NCBI GenBank assembly: GCA_013334855.1
Contig: JAAXWU010000002.1
Location: 3,080 to 67,079, forward strand
Length of the DNA stretch: 64,000 bases
Source: Chlorobaculum sp.
Lineage (GTDB): Bacteria; Bacteroidota; Chlorobiia; Chlorobiales; Chlorobiaceae
Direction of reading: 5' to 3'
The notes beneath the pieces were generated by a model that was not told the origin of the DNA, searched no databases, and saw only the letters and a list, made by a program, of their open reading frames with translations. Made by a program: the position numbers and the translations under genes. Shown here in pieces: positions 38,376 through 49,270 of the stretch (positions within the stretch are counted from its first letter, which is position 1; every line of letters begins with the position of its first letter).

Positions 38376-40372
38376 AATTCAGATAATTCATAAATTCGCA
38401 AAACATATTCCGTATTATTTGATATATCCGGCGTTCCAATTGCGCAAACAAAATCACTTATTTGTGAATATTTCAAATAAACAAATATCTGATCACCAAA
38501 ACAGAGCTTATGATTTTGCACATTTTCAACCCCTGTAGAATCACTAACAATAGTATATACATTTATGTTATCCTTTAAAATACCATACCGATGCAACTCT
38601 TCAATTGTCTTCCCAACCACCTCGGGTGATCTCACTACAGTAATCATTCCAATAAAATCCTCATCATTCACGTTATCACCAAACAGCTTATCATTATATA
38701 TTTGATATTTCACTAACTTATAGACACCGCAACTTACCTGAGAATCCATATATTTAATGAAATCGGGCTGTAGCAATCTACTCTGCTTCATAGCAGCATG
38801 CCCTTTATATACATCCCATGGGGGATCAAGCATTATAATAAGCCGGGGGTTTTTTTTCTTTATTTGAGTTAACTCTTCATTAAATTGCGATGTACCAATT
38901 ACATCAAACCACTGAACAATGTTTTTTGTAACTGGAATCTTGTTATGTAACTGATAAAATATTGGGATATCAGGATATAGATACAGATCATCTATACTAT
39001 GAGACTTATTATCAATCTCACTCTTTATATCAGAAAATAACTGATAAGTTGCTCTATCGACTTTAAAATACTTAAGCTGATAATAAGGCAACTCGTATTT
39101 AGCCTGTGCAATCGGGCCCTGACGCAACCCCCACCATCTATAAGGATCTTCCTGTTTATTTATAATCAAAGAAAAGAATAAAACTCCAATAAAAGGGTAA
39201 TATAAATACTCGAAACGCACACGCTTGAAATCACTTATCATACTGCCAAAAACAGATGAAACTGCAAAGGGCATTATAATAAATAAGCCGCCCACACACA
39301 GTCCAGCAGTCATACTATTGGCATAAATTAAAGCAAAGAGAGGAAGCAGTAAAACATTATACTCTCGCTTAATAAAGAACAAATATATCAATGAGTAAAG
39401 ATAGATAATTACAATCACAACAGCTGTATCATCAGGATCCCTGAAAAATACTATAGACAAAAACACAAAGACTACCACCTCAAACAACCATACAGCATCA
39501 GGATATATCTTCTTCACCCCATCTCTCAACCAAGGATAGAACAGAAATAATATAATAAAATACAAAAGACCCTTTACTAAAAACTCTCTATTTCTTTCAT
39601 CCATTACTATTCGAGAAAGAACCGTCGCCATACTACCCTTAGAATCATTACTTGCAGTCAAACCAAGAATTTCAAAATAATCCATCCCAATCATCATCAT
39701 ATAAAATACATATGACAAAACAAGAGAAAGAACAAAAAGAACAAAAAGATAACTATCTTCTCGTCTCCTATTTATCAACAATGACACGCCGCTTCCGATC
39801 AAACTCGCAACAACAAGAACTAAACCTACATTTTGCTTAATAAAAAAAGAACCAACCAAAAAAAACGACATCAATACTCCTGACAAAGATCTCCTAATAA
39901 AACTCTTAGAGACGTCATGATAATCAAGCAATAAATACAACGATATTATAATAAAAAGGTTAACCGCCGTATGATAATCATTCGGAATATACACATTGTT
40001 ATATACCGACATTAATATACCAAACAACGCCGCAATCAGAGATAGCTTTTCATCATATAACTTCCTGACAGCAAAATACATAAAAAAGAAAATTCCTATA
40101 ACCTCAATCAAACCCACTACACGATAAAACACATAATACGGGCTTAACTTCATCAAAGCTGCATTAAATATTGCGAACAATGGCGGAAAAGCCATATCAT
40201 AATCTCGATACAACTTAAAACCTTTATTAATCAGATAAGCGTACACCTGCCACCAGCCCTCAACAGGTGGAAAGTAAAAAAATACATACCAATGTGACAA
40301 CAATATCATCATTATTGCCACAAAAAAAACAATCCAATTATTACTTTTTTCTAATTTCATTCTTCTACCCAA
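38372..40372 (-). CDS. Polytopic membrane protein, GtrC/GT-C-like transferase
   Basis: ~11 hydrophobic segments, LYRDYDMAFPPL in first loop, soluble C-terminal domain; lies between gtrA and gtrB; very AT-rich. Confidence 0.7.
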   Translation of the reverse strand: MGRRMKLEKSNNWIVFFVAIMMILLSHWYVFFYFPPVEGWWQVYAYLINKGFKLYRDYDMAFPPLFAIFNAALMKLSPYYVFYRVVGLIEVIGIFFFMYFAVRKLYDEKLSLIAALFGILMSVYNNVYIPNDYHTAVNLFIIISLYLLLDYHDVSKSFIRRSLSGVLMSFFLVGSFFIKQNVGLVLVVASLIGSGVSLLINRRREDSYLFVLFVLSLVLSYVFYMMMIGMDYFEILGLTASNDSKGSMATVLSRIVMDERNREFLVKGLLYFIILFLFYPWLRDGVKKIYPDAVWLFEVVVFVFLSIVFFRDPDDTAVVIVIIYLYSLIYLFFIKREYNVLLLPLFALIYANSMTAGLCVGGLFIIMPFAVSSVFGSMISDFKRVRFEYLYYPFIGVLFFSLIINKQEDPYRWWGLRQGPIAQAKYELPYYQLKYFKVDRATYQLFSDIKSEIDNKSHSIDDLYLYPDIPIFYQLHNKIPVTKNIVQWFDVIGTSQFNEELTQIKKKNPRLIIMLDPPWDVYKGHAAMKQSRLLQPDFIKYMDSQVSCGVYKLVKYQIYNDKLFGDNVNDEDFIGMITVVRSPEVVGKTIEELHRYGILKDNINVYTIVSDSTGVENVQNHKLCFGDQIFVYLKYSQISDFVCAIGTPDISNNTEYVLRIYELSEL

Positions 40373-40757
40373 AAGAAAATTTCTTGTGCGAAATATAACT
40401 AACCACCATAATGATAAACGTAATAATTACCTGAGCAGCATAGGGATTAACCCCCATGTACTTGATTGCTACTGGAAACGCAACCATATTTGCCAAATAT
40501 GTTCCACCATAGACAACATAAAACCTAAAATATTCTTTTATAAAACCACCCTTAGTCTTAAAAACAAAAAATTTATAACCTAAATACGCATTTGTAATAC
40601 TAATCACATAACTTATAGTCAGAATAACTGCATAACTTAGCCGATCAGAAAAATAATAATATAAGAGCGCAAACACTCCATACCCAAGCAAGGTATTCCA
40701 TCCACCAACTAAGAGATATGCAATTTTACTTTTATGTTTAACAATAGCGTCTATCAT
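40365..40757 (-). CDS. GtrA family flippase
   Basis: 130 aa, 4 TMs, YLLVGGWNT, KFFVF, SYISHKKFSF. Confidence 0.88.
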   Translation of the reverse strand: MIDAIVKHKSKIAYLLVGGWNTLLGYGVFALLYYYFSDRLSYAVILTISYVISITNAYLGYKFFVFKTKGGFIKEYFRFYVVYGGTYLANMVAFPVAIKYMGVNPYAAQVIITFIIMVVSYISHKKFSFG

Positions 40758-40762
40758 TGCAA

Positions 40763-41674
40763 TTATTTTTTTACCATGATATGGTCGATAAATCTATCCC
40801 CTCTCACAGCATCAAGATCAAGTCGCGCCAAACGTTCTTCATAATAGTCATACAAATGACTGATCGCCTCCTGATGAGGCGTGAATATTACAGGGCACTC
40901 CTCGATTATCCTGTGATTTGAAGAGGTGTATTCAAGGTTCATCCCCAGAGTATCCACGATGATCTCAGAAGGTTTTTCTGCAACCATATTGATCATTTCT
41001 GCCAGAGCAACCAGCTCAATACCATCACCTCTCGTAATATTGTAAACATGTTGCTTCGGATCAAATTCTATTGACCATAGGACCATCTTAATCAGATCAT
41101 CAACATAAACATAGTCAAAAAGGACATTCTGACGAATGTGAATTGGCATCCCCAGAAGGTTCTTGACTATGGCATTCGAGATAAACTTGTACCGGTAATC
41201 TTCATATTTACCGTAACAGGCAAAAATCCTAAGATTAACGATGTTGCTGCCACTCTGCTCGATGTAACGGGAGCAAACCGATTTATAGAAACCGTAATCA
41301 TCAAGCGGCAAAGCAATCCCTGCCTCATTCTCCTCGACCATCACAATCTGTTTGTGCTTACCATATTCAGCCCCTGAACCGAAATGGATGATCTTTTCAA
41401 CACTGTCAGAATGCTTGATAATATTGAAAAACATTCTGAGGTTAGAATGAACCACATCCTGCATGTGCATCGTGTCTCGACCACCTCCTTTATTGGCGGC
41501 ATGAACAATGATATCAACACGCTGCCGCCTCATAAACGCATCGACAGCCTGCTGATCAAGCAGGTTCAGTTCAGAACTCGAAGGAGCCAGAACCCGATAA
41601 CCCGACTGCGCAAGCGCTTCGCCGAGATTTCTGCCGATAAACCCTCGTCCACCGGTTATGAAAACGGTTTTCAT
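40763..41674 (-). CDS. NAD-dependent sugar epimerase/reductase
   Basis: TGGRGFIG, GSGAEYG, YGFYK, DYVYVDD. Confidence 0.85.
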   Translation of the reverse strand: MKTVFITGGRGFIGRNLGEALAQSGYRVLAPSSSELNLLDQQAVDAFMRRQRVDIIVHAANKGGGRDTMHMQDVVHSNLRMFFNIIKHSDSVEKIIHFGSGAEYGKHKQIVMVEENEAGIALPLDDYGFYKSVCSRYIEQSGSNIVNLRIFACYGKYEDYRYKFISNAIVKNLLGMPIHIRQNVLFDYVYVDDLIKMVLWSIEFDPKQHVYNITRGDGIELVALAEMINMVAEKPSEIIVDTLGMNLEYTSSNHRIIEECPVIFTPHQEAISHLYDYYEERLARLDLDAVRGDRFIDHIMVKK

Positions 41675-42465
41675 TGCAGACCAAGCCTTTTATCAAGCAT
41701 TTCAATACGATGCTCGTCTTCAGACTTTATACGATGATAGTAACGACGTTTGCTTTTCAGCCAGAGCAGCTCGAACTCGACAGCTTTGAGTATAGCTTTT
41801 TCGGGATCATTCTTGATGGTATCCGCCCTAAATACAACCTTTCTGGTTTCAAATTTATCGACAAGTCCTTCAGCGTGAAGATTTCTGATAAAATCGATCG
41901 AACAGGTCGATATGGCACCGCCGAGACCTGTTTTTAACCCCTTCTGTCGTGCCTTGCTGAAAATAGTATGGCAATAATTATAAATCTCTTCGCTATCGAC
42001 CTTGCCCCGATCATGGCCCATTGAGCCAACAAAATCGACCCTTCCAATTGTCAAACCATGCAAAATATCAATGTTGTTGAGACTCAGGATATCGTTGATA
42101 TTGTTATAAGCAGTAATAGTCTCAATATTTATGGCAAAATCGATATCGGCACGGTTGTCTTCGGCAACAAAGGTCTCTACCGCGTTGAGGAATTTCGAAA
42201 CCGCAAACGCAGTTTCGGCCATTGGCGCAATGATCCCCTTGACACCAATCGAAAGTGCGTTATAGATATCGGTAATTGCTTCAACCCCACCAATCTTGAG
42301 AATAATCGGCAATTGGACTTTCGAAGTAACGTCCTTCAGACGCATCATCTCCTCAATCCTGCTCCCCTCGGCTTCAAATTCAGCCTTGATCTCGAATACT
42401 CCGTATTCATCTCGCAGTTGTTTGAGAACATCAATCATCTGGTATTCAAGAATATTCATACCCAA
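41671..42465 (-). CDS. HpcH/HpaI aldolase / citrate lyase-like protein
   Basis: KAEFEAEG, IIAPMAET, INIETITA, IGRVD. Confidence 0.72.
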   Translation of the reverse strand: MGMNILEYQMIDVLKQLRDEYGVFEIKAEFEAEGSRIEEMMRLKDVTSKVQLPIILKIGGVEAITDIYNALSIGVKGIIAPMAETAFAVSKFLNAVETFVAEDNRADIDFAINIETITAYNNINDILSLNNIDILHGLTIGRVDFVGSMGHDRGKVDSEEIYNYCHTIFSKARQKGLKTGLGGAISTCSIDFIRNLHAEGLVDKFETRKVVFRADTIKNDPEKAILKAVEFELLWLKSKRRYYHRIKSEDEHRIEMLDKRLGLQ

Positions 42466-42470
42466 CCTCT

Positions 42471-43235
42471 TTAGTTTAGAATGTTAATGATATGCTTAAA
42501 GGAGGTAGCACGATCACGTAAATAATCTTTAAACATGTCGAAGTGATCGTACAGAATACTCCGGCATTGAAAACGATCGGCCATTTCAATATCGCTCTCA
42601 ATACTATCCCCTACAACGCAGATTTCTTTTTGCCCAAGTCCCTGATCGGAACACAGTAACTCCAGCATGTACGTGCTTGGTTTACCTGCTATAAAATCCG
42701 GCTGATGCCCGGAAGCTCCAACAACGGCACCAACCATAGCCCCGCAACCCGGAAGACGATGCCCGTGCTCAACCGGATAGGAGGCATCGATATTGGCGAC
42801 AACGAGTCTCGCACCGTGCAAGATCGCCTGTAGCGCCCCTGCGATGCGCTCATACGTCAAACCGAAATCAAGACCGACTACTACAGCGGCAGCCTTTTCA
42901 GGCTCTGCAATCGCAATACCTCGATGTTCCAGGTCTTTCCTGAAATCATCACTTCCTATCAGATATACCAATCCAAGTCTTTGCTGTTCGAGATACCTGG
43001 CGCAGGCCGAAGAAGCGGTATAGGTATTCCGTTCAGTAGCATTGAAACCAAGCGAATGCAATTTGGTTACGATCTGTCGTACAGTCTTTGCCGAGTTATT
43101 GGTGAAAAAAAACAGCTGAATATGATTGGCCTCAAGCTCTTTGAGGGCTTCAACTGCGCCTTCGACCGCCCGACTTCCGAAATAGAGCGTTCCGTCGAGA
43201 TCAAACGCTATCGCCTTGATCCGATTACTCATCAA
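42471..43235 (-). CDS. HAD-IIA (NagD-like) phosphatase
   Basis: FDLDGTL, TNNS, GKPS, VGDSIESDI. Confidence 0.88.
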   Translation of the reverse strand: MMSNRIKAIAFDLDGTLYFGSRAVEGAVEALKELEANHIQLFFFTNNSAKTVRQIVTKLHSLGFNATERNTYTASSACARYLEQQRLGLVYLIGSDDFRKDLEHRGIAIAEPEKAAAVVVGLDFGLTYERIAGALQAILHGARLVVANIDASYPVEHGHRLPGCGAMVGAVVGASGHQPDFIAGKPSTYMLELLCSDQGLGQKEICVVGDSIESDIEMADRFQCRSILYDHFDMFKDYLRDRATSFKHIINILN

Positions 43236-45015
43236 TCGTTTCGATAATCATCTGTTTATTAAAAACTGCGCGATCGAGAAAAGGAAACATATCTTCGAGC
43301 GGTTTCGATACGATTCGGCCATCGGGTTTGACCTCCGATGAAAGTTTGGGTTCCATCTTTTCGTCCGGATTGAGCATAACCTCGCAAACAACAGAATCAT
43401 CTCCGGAAAGAACAGTATCGAGTTGCTCTGAAAGCCTGTTCTGGTTCTCGATTCTCGTGCTTTTCAGACCGTAGGCGGATGCAATTTTCAGCGTGTCAGG
43501 GCAGCTGACACCACTCCCCGCTTCGCAACCGACAAAATGACCTTTGAAGAACCCTTTCTGGGTGTTTCTGATCGAAATGTAGCCTTCGTTGTTCAATACG
43601 AACAGTTTTATCGGCAGACGGTTATGTACGATGGTCTGCAGCTCCTGGATGTTCATCTGCATGCTTCCGTCGCCGGTAACGCAGATGATCTGCCGATCAG
43701 GAGCTGCATAGCAGACTCCTATTGCTGCCGGAAGATCATAGCCCATAGAGGCGCAACCTGAATTGGCAACGATATTCTGTGCTCGTTTCAATCGCAGACT
43801 CTGATAGGAAGAAACACATGCCGTTCCGTTACCGAACACGAAAACCGCATTCTCGTCGGCGATTTCGGAAAGGAGATCGAAAAAATTGTACGAATCAACG
43901 GCCTCTTCGACCTTCTGGCGCTCTTCGACAATCGTCGGAAATGTCTCCCGGTATCGGCGACATTGAGCCATCCAGTCCCGATGCTCAGGCATTGCTTCAA
44001 CAGCACCGTCAAGCGCCCTGATGAACACGCCCGCATCGGCGAGCACTGGAATATCGACCTCGATCGTATGTTTTTTCAGTTCGTTTTCATCAATATCGAC
44101 AACAACCTTTATGGCTTCGCGCCCGAAATATTCCCAGTTGTAGCTGATCGCCCGAATATTCAGTCTGGCACCGAGGGCAATGACAAGATCACTGTTCTGC
44201 ACCGCGAAATTACCGGCCCTGTGCCCGATAGTTCCGAATCGTCCGGCATAGCAAGGATTATCTTCCTTGACAATATCATAGCGAGCGAAAGTGCCCAGAA
44301 CGGGAATCCCGAGTTTTTCGGCAAGCGCCCTGAACTCCGAAACCGCTCCGGAAAGCGCAATGCCATTACCCGCGATCATTACGGGACGTTTCGCCACTTT
44401 CAGAGCCGCCGCGACCTGATCGATCTTCAGGTCATACACGGTTTCAACTGGCGGAACGAAGCCTTCGAGCGATTCCGGGTCGATCTGCGCCCCCTGAATA
44501 TCGAGTGGCACATCGAGCCAGACCGGCCCTGGACGGCCATTTTTGGCTTCGTACACCGCTTTTTCAAGGTGGTAGCGGATTGAGTTTTTGTCAGTGATCA
44601 TCACCGCATACTTGGTGATCGGGCGAACGATATCGACGATATTGATCTCCTGATCTCCAAGTTGCCGGAGTTTGAGTTCCGGTTGCGAGGCAATAGTTGT
44701 CTGAAATTTTACCTGCCCAGAGATGATCATCATGGGAATCGAATCAACCCAGGCTCCCATCACGCCGGTAATCGCGTTCGTGCCCCCCGGCCCGGTTGTC
44801 ACATAGGCGATACCGATTTTATTCGACACTCTCGCGTAGCCTTCGGCAGCTATGGCGCAGGCCTGTTCGTGATGATTGCAGACATACCGGAGCTTCCCGT
44901 TCCGACCAAGGGCATCGATCAGGTGCATGTTGCCACCGCCGGATACCATAAAGACAGTCTTTGCAGTCTGCTCATGTTCGGCAATAAACTGCGCGATATA
45001 ATCTGCGACTCTCAT
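43225..45015 (-). CDS. ThDP-dependent enzyme (acetolactate synthase-like; YerE-like by context)
   Basis: [27 protein letters not shown]...NN ThDP motif. Confidence 0.85.
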   Translation of the reverse strand: MRVADYIAQFIAEHEQTAKTVFMVSGGGNMHLIDALGRNGKLRYVCNHHEQACAIAAEGYARVSNKIGIAYVTTGPGGTNAITGVMGAWVDSIPMMIISGQVKFQTTIASQPELKLRQLGDQEINIVDIVRPITKYAVMITDKNSIRYHLEKAVYEAKNGRPGPVWLDVPLDIQGAQIDPESLEGFVPPVETVYDLKIDQVAAALKVAKRPVMIAGNGIALSGAVSEFRALAEKLGIPVLGTFARYDIVKEDNPCYAGRFGTIGHRAGNFAVQNSDLVIALGARLNIRAISYNWEYFGREAIKVVVDIDENELKKHTIEVDIPVLADAGVFIRALDGAVEAMPEHRDWMAQCRRYRETFPTIVEERQKVEEAVDSYNFFDLLSEIADENAVFVFGNGTACVSSYQSLRLKRAQNIVANSGCASMGYDLPAAIGVCYAAPDRQIICVTGDGSMQMNIQELQTIVHNRLPIKLFVLNNEGYISIRNTQKGFFKGHFVGCEAGSGVSCPDTLKIASAYGLKSTRIENQNRLSEQLDTVLSGDDSVVCEVMLNPDEKMEPKLSSEVKPDGRIVSKPLEDMFPFLDRAVFNKQMIIETIDE

Positions 45016-46367
45016 GCTTTTTTCCCGATAAACTCCTTGATTTTGTCAGCCATGTAATCCAGGGCATCATCACTCATGCCGGGATAAACGCCGACCCAGA
45101 AACTGTCGTGCATGATCTTGTCGGTAACGGCAAGATCGGCCGCGATTCTGTAACCGGTTCCGGTGCGACGCATCTGGTCGAAACAGGGATGCTTGATCAG
45201 ATTGCCCGCAAAAAGCATCCGCGTCTGGATGCCTTTCGATTCGAGGTATCCGACGACGCCTTCTCGCCGCAGACGACGATTGTCCCTGATGGTCAGCATG
45301 AAGCCGAACCATGACGGGTCGCTTCCGGCAGTCGCCTCTGGCAGGATCAGCAGCTCCTCCAGCGATGAAAGCTGGTCGCGCAGCATTTGCCAGTTGCGTT
45401 TTCTCGCTTCGATGAAAGAGGGCAGTTTCTGAAGCTGCGCGCATCCGACCGCCGCCTGCATGTCTGTCACCTTCAGGTTGTAGCCGAAATGCGAATAGAC
45501 ATACTTGTGGTCGTATCCGAATGGCAGCTCGCCGAACTGCTGACCAAACCGGTTGCCGCAGGTGTTGTCGCGGCCCGATGGGCACCAGCAGTCACGGCCC
45601 CAGTCGCGGAATGAATCGATCAGGCGCTTGAGCATCGGGTCATCGGTATAGACCGCGCCACCTTCTCCCATCGTCATGTGATGCGGCGGATAGAAGCTCG
45701 AAGTGGCGATGTGGCCAATCGTGCCGGTATGACGCCAGAGGCCATCGAGGCAGTAGCGCGAGCCGAGCGCGTCGCAGTTGTCCTCGATCAGCCAGAGGCC
45801 ATGCCGGTCGCAGAACTCCTTCATGAAGCCGAGATCGAACGGATTGCCGAGCGTATGGGCCAGCATGACCGCTTTGGTCTTGCCGGACAGAGCGTTTTCG
45901 ACCTTCGAGCAGTCGATGTTCGCTGTCGGGAGCGACACATCGACGAACACGGGAATCGCGCCGAACTGGATGATTGGCGCGACCGTCGTCGGAAATCCGG
46001 CGGCTACGGTGATGACCTCGTCACCGGGCATGATCCTTCTGTCGCCAAGTTTCGGCGATGTCAGCGACATGAACGCAAGCAAGTTTGCCGATGAACCGGA
46101 ATTTGTCAGGGAGCAGAACTGAACGCCCATAAATTGCGCGAACTCCCTCTCGAACTGGTCTGCATAGCGTCCGGTTGTCAGCCAGAACTCCAGAGAGCTG
46201 TCAACGAGATTGACCATCTCACGCTCATCAAACACACGACCTGCGTAAGAAACCCGTGACTGGCCGGGAATGAAAGGCGCTTCCTGACTCTTCTTGTGAA
46301 CCAGTTCGTAGTACTCTTTCGTTTTTTCCAGTATTTCCTGCTTCAGAATTTCTGCCCTGTTTGTCAT
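45012..46367 (-). CDS. rfbH: CDP-4-keto-6-deoxyglucose 3-dehydrase (E1/DdhC)
   Basis: [31 protein letters not shown]...NTC Fe-S ligands, YDHKY. Confidence 0.93.
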   Translation of the reverse strand: MTNRAEILKQEILEKTKEYYELVHKKSQEAPFIPGQSRVSYAGRVFDEREMVNLVDSSLEFWLTTGRYADQFEREFAQFMGVQFCSLTNSGSSANLLAFMSLTSPKLGDRRIMPGDEVITVAAGFPTTVAPIIQFGAIPVFVDVSLPTANIDCSKVENALSGKTKAVMLAHTLGNPFDLGFMKEFCDRHGLWLIEDNCDALGSRYCLDGLWRHTGTIGHIATSSFYPPHHMTMGEGGAVYTDDPMLKRLIDSFRDWGRDCWCPSGRDNTCGNRFGQQFGELPFGYDHKYVYSHFGYNLKVTDMQAAVGCAQLQKLPSFIEARKRNWQMLRDQLSSLEELLILPEATAGSDPSWFGFMLTIRDNRRLRREGVVGYLESKGIQTRMLFAGNLIKHPCFDQMRRTGTGYRIAADLAVTDKIMHDSFWVGVYPGMSDDALDYMADKIKEFIGKKA

Positions 46368-46398
46368 CGGCTCTCTGGAAGTCTGTTATGATTTGAAG

Positions 46399-47151
46399 TT
46401 ATAATGAAATGACCTTGCCGTCTTCGGTGGCAAGCGCGTTTTCGAATATGCCGCAGGCTACGCTTTGGGCCGCCATCCGGTTTTGCCGGTCAGGATACCT
46501 AAGCGCATCAAAATGCACCAGCGCGAGGCGTTTCGCCCCGGCATCACGCGCCAGCGTTGAGGCCATTTCCGGATTGAGGTGCGGCCACTGCTCGCTCTCT
46601 TCGCCCGGCCTGAACGCGCATTCGGCTATCAGAAGATCGACGTTCCGGGCCAGCTCCACGGCGCTCTCGCAATAGCCGGTATCCGGACAATAGGCCACTG
46701 TATTGCCCTCGATGCCGAAACGGAAACCGATTGTCGGAACCGAATGACGCATCGGAGCCGAGCGCACCGTGAAGTTGTCCATTGCCATCTCCGACCCGTC
46801 ATGCTCAGTGAAGGCGACAGGGTAGGGAAGCGCTGAAAAGGGCAAGGAATAAGGAGGCCCGATAACGCTCCCGAGATGCTCCAGATCACCTTTGCGACAA
46901 TGAATGGTCATGCCTTGCGCAATATCGAATCTGTTCAACCCATGCAAGCCAATGATATGGTCGAGGTGCAAATGGCTCAGGAAAAGATGTACCGGTTTTT
47001 GGCCTTCAAAATACGGGTCGGCCTTGTACAGCCCGCTTCCTGCGTCGAGAACGATGATGGCCGAATCGGTCTCGATAAGCATGCAGACCGTGTTGCCCGT
47101 CGGCGAATCATACCAGCCATTGGTACCGAGAAAGACGATGTTCATCGGCAT
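46399..47151 (-). CDS. MBL-fold metallohydrolase (RNase Z-like)
   Basis: FLGTNG, LDAGSG, SHLHLDHIIG, DTG, H motifs. Confidence 0.85.
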   Translation of the reverse strand: MPMNIVFLGTNGWYDSPTGNTVCMLIETDSAIIVLDAGSGLYKADPYFEGQKPVHLFLSHLHLDHIIGLHGLNRFDIAQGMTIHCRKGDLEHLGSVIGPPYSLPFSALPYPVAFTEHDGSEMAMDNFTVRSAPMRHSVPTIGFRFGIEGNTVAYCPDTGYCESAVELARNVDLLIAECAFRPGEESEQWPHLNPEMASTLARDAGAKRLALVHFDALRYPDRQNRMAAQSVACGIFENALATEDGKVISL

Positions 47152-48230
47152 TTCTCCAATCCCCAGCCACTCCTGTAGGCCTCGATCTGCTCCTCACAAA
47201 TCACGGAGATGCTGTTGCTGCCGTAATTTCTGTACCAGTTCACTGTTTCGGTGATTGCCCGTTCGATCTTCCAGACCGGAGTCCAGCCGAGCAGGGTTTT
47301 GGCCTTGCTGATGTCGAGCTTCAGCAGATGCGCTTCATGCACCGCGCCAGGTGTCGAGCGATCTTCCCAGGCTCCTTTTCCCCATGCCTTGACAACCGAA
47401 TCGACCAGCGAGCCGACCGTAAGAAAACTCGAATCCTCCGGACCGAAATTCCAGGCCCCATCGTACACACCCGGATTGTCGAACATCTTTTCCGCCAGCA
47501 GCAGATAACCGGAGAGCGGTTCGAGCACATGCTGCCAGGGACGGACTGCTAGGGGATTTCTGACGACGACCGGCTCCGAGCGTTCGAGATGCCTGATGCA
47601 ATCGGGCATTATCCGGTCAACCTGCCAGTCCCCGCCGCCAAAGACGTTGCCAGCTCTTGCCGACGCCAGACTTTTGCCATGACGTGCGAACTCCGTCGGA
47701 TTGAAAAACGATTTGCGGTAGGCTTCGGTCACCAGCTCGCTGCAAGCCTTGCTGGAACTGTAGGGATCGTATCCGCCAAGCCGATCGTTTTCGCGATAAC
47801 CCCATACCCACTCTTTATTTTCGTAGCACTTGTCGGTCGTGATATTGACGATCACGCGGGCCGAATCGCTCAAACGGCAGCATTCGAGCAGGTTGACCGC
47901 GCCGCCGACATTGATGTCATAGGTCTCTTTCGGGCTTGCGTAGGACTCCCTGACGAGGGGCTGGGCGGCAAGATGAAAGATGATCTCCGGCCTGAACTCC
48001 GTGAAGAGCCGGTGCAAGCGGTCGAAATCACGGATGTCGCCAATGTGGTGCCGGATCCGAGAACCGATGCCCGAGAGCACGAAGTTATCCTTCCCCGTCA
48101 ACGGTTCGAGCGCATAGCCAGCGACCTCGCCACCCAGCATTTTCAGCCAGATGGCAAGCCAGGAGCCTTTAAAGCCGGTATGACCGGTCACCAGCACCCT
48201 TTTTCCAGACCAGAACTCTTTTGTCAGCAT
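47142..48230 (-). CDS. rfbG: CDP-glucose 4,6-dehydratase (start moved to MLTKEFW)
   Basis: VTGHTGFKGSWL, HLAAQPLVR, DKCYEN, PYSSSK, RPWQHVLEPL. Confidence 0.95.
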   Translation of the reverse strand: MLTKEFWSGKRVLVTGHTGFKGSWLAIWLKMLGGEVAGYALEPLTGKDNFVLSGIGSRIRHHIGDIRDFDRLHRLFTEFRPEIIFHLAAQPLVRESYASPKETYDINVGGAVNLLECCRLSDSARVIVNITTDKCYENKEWVWGYRENDRLGGYDPYSSSKACSELVTEAYRKSFFNPTEFARHGKSLASARAGNVFGGGDWQVDRIMPDCIRHLERSEPVVVRNPLAVRPWQHVLEPLSGYLLLAEKMFDNPGVYDGAWNFGPEDSSFLTVGSLVDSVVKAWGKGAWEDRSTPGAVHEAHLLKLDISKAKTLLGWTPVWKIERAITETVNWYRNYGSNSISVICEEQIEAYRSGWGLEKCR

Positions 48231-48244
48231 GACGATACGCTCCC

Positions 48245-49018
48245 TTACCAGACTTTCCAGGGGGCGTCCCCCGATTTCCAAAGCTCTTCGAGCATTATCC
48301 TGTCACGCAGGGTATCCATCGGCTGCCAGAATCCCTGATGCGAGAAAGCGGCAAGCTCTCCCTCGCTGGCCAGCCGCTCCAGCGGCTCCTTTTCCCAAGA
48401 AGTTTCATCGCCCGCGATGTAATCGATCACTTCGGGCGAGAGCACAAAAAAACCGCCATTGATCATGGAGCCATCCCCTTTGGGTTTTTCCCTGAAGGAG
48501 TGCACCTTTTGGCCTGCATCGATATCGATCATCCCGAAACGCCCCGCAGGCATGGTCGCGGTGAGCGTTGCCTTGACCCCCATGGAGCGATGAAAAGAGA
48601 GCAGTCGGGTAATATTCACATCGCTGACGCCGTCGCCATAGGTAAAAAATATCTCACGTTCATCCTTCACGTACTCGCGCACCCTTTTGAGCCGTCCGCC
48701 GGTCATAGTCTCCTCGCCCGTATCGACAAGCGTAACCCGCCAAGGTTCCGCTTTACGTTGATGTACCTGCATTTCGTTTCGCTCCATATCGAAGGTCACA
48801 TCAGACATATGGAGAAAGTAGTTGGCGAAATATTCCTTGATGAGGTATCCCTTGTAACCGCAGCAGATGATGAACTCGTTGACGTTACAAGCCGAGTAGA
48901 TTTTCATGATATGCCAGAGAATCGGTTTACCACCGATCTCGATCATGGGCTTGGGCTTGAGGTGGGTCTCCTCTGAAATGCGGGTGCCTAACCCTCCGGC
49001 AAGAATGACGGCTTTCAT
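48245..49018 (-). CDS. rfbF: Glucose-1-phosphate cytidylyltransferase
   Basis: LAGGLGTRISEET, KPKPM, MTGGRLK, FWQPMDTLRD, APWKVW. Confidence 0.96.
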   Translation of the reverse strand: MKAVILAGGLGTRISEETHLKPKPMIEIGGKPILWHIMKIYSACNVNEFIICCGYKGYLIKEYFANYFLHMSDVTFDMERNEMQVHQRKAEPWRVTLVDTGEETMTGGRLKRVREYVKDEREIFFTYGDGVSDVNITRLLSFHRSMGVKATLTATMPAGRFGMIDIDAGQKVHSFREKPKGDGSMINGGFFVLSPEVIDYIAGDETSWEKEPLERLASEGELAAFSHQGFWQPMDTLRDRIMLEELWKSGDAPWKVW

Positions 49019-49109
49019 CGTATGAAGAAGACGCTTGAAATCGTTGATATGGTATAGAAATATCGACGGAACTCAATCTATTAGCGAATATACGCCAAAA
49101 CACCATCAG

Positions 49110-49148
49110 TTCCGATTTTTTTTCGATCATTTCCGATTTTTTCGATCA
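49110..49148. repeat. Tandem duplication with variable T-tract upstream of rfbF
   Basis: ttccga-T8-cgatca followed by ttccga-T6-cgatca. Confidence 0.7.
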
Positions 49149-49270
49149 ATAATACCGCACGACTAAGCATGATGCCATCCGTATAGTTTTGACCTCCGCC
49201 AGTTTTTTCAACCCGAAACCTTACCGATGCCCGAAAACCTGATACCGTCAAACAGTCGGCTGCTAAACAA

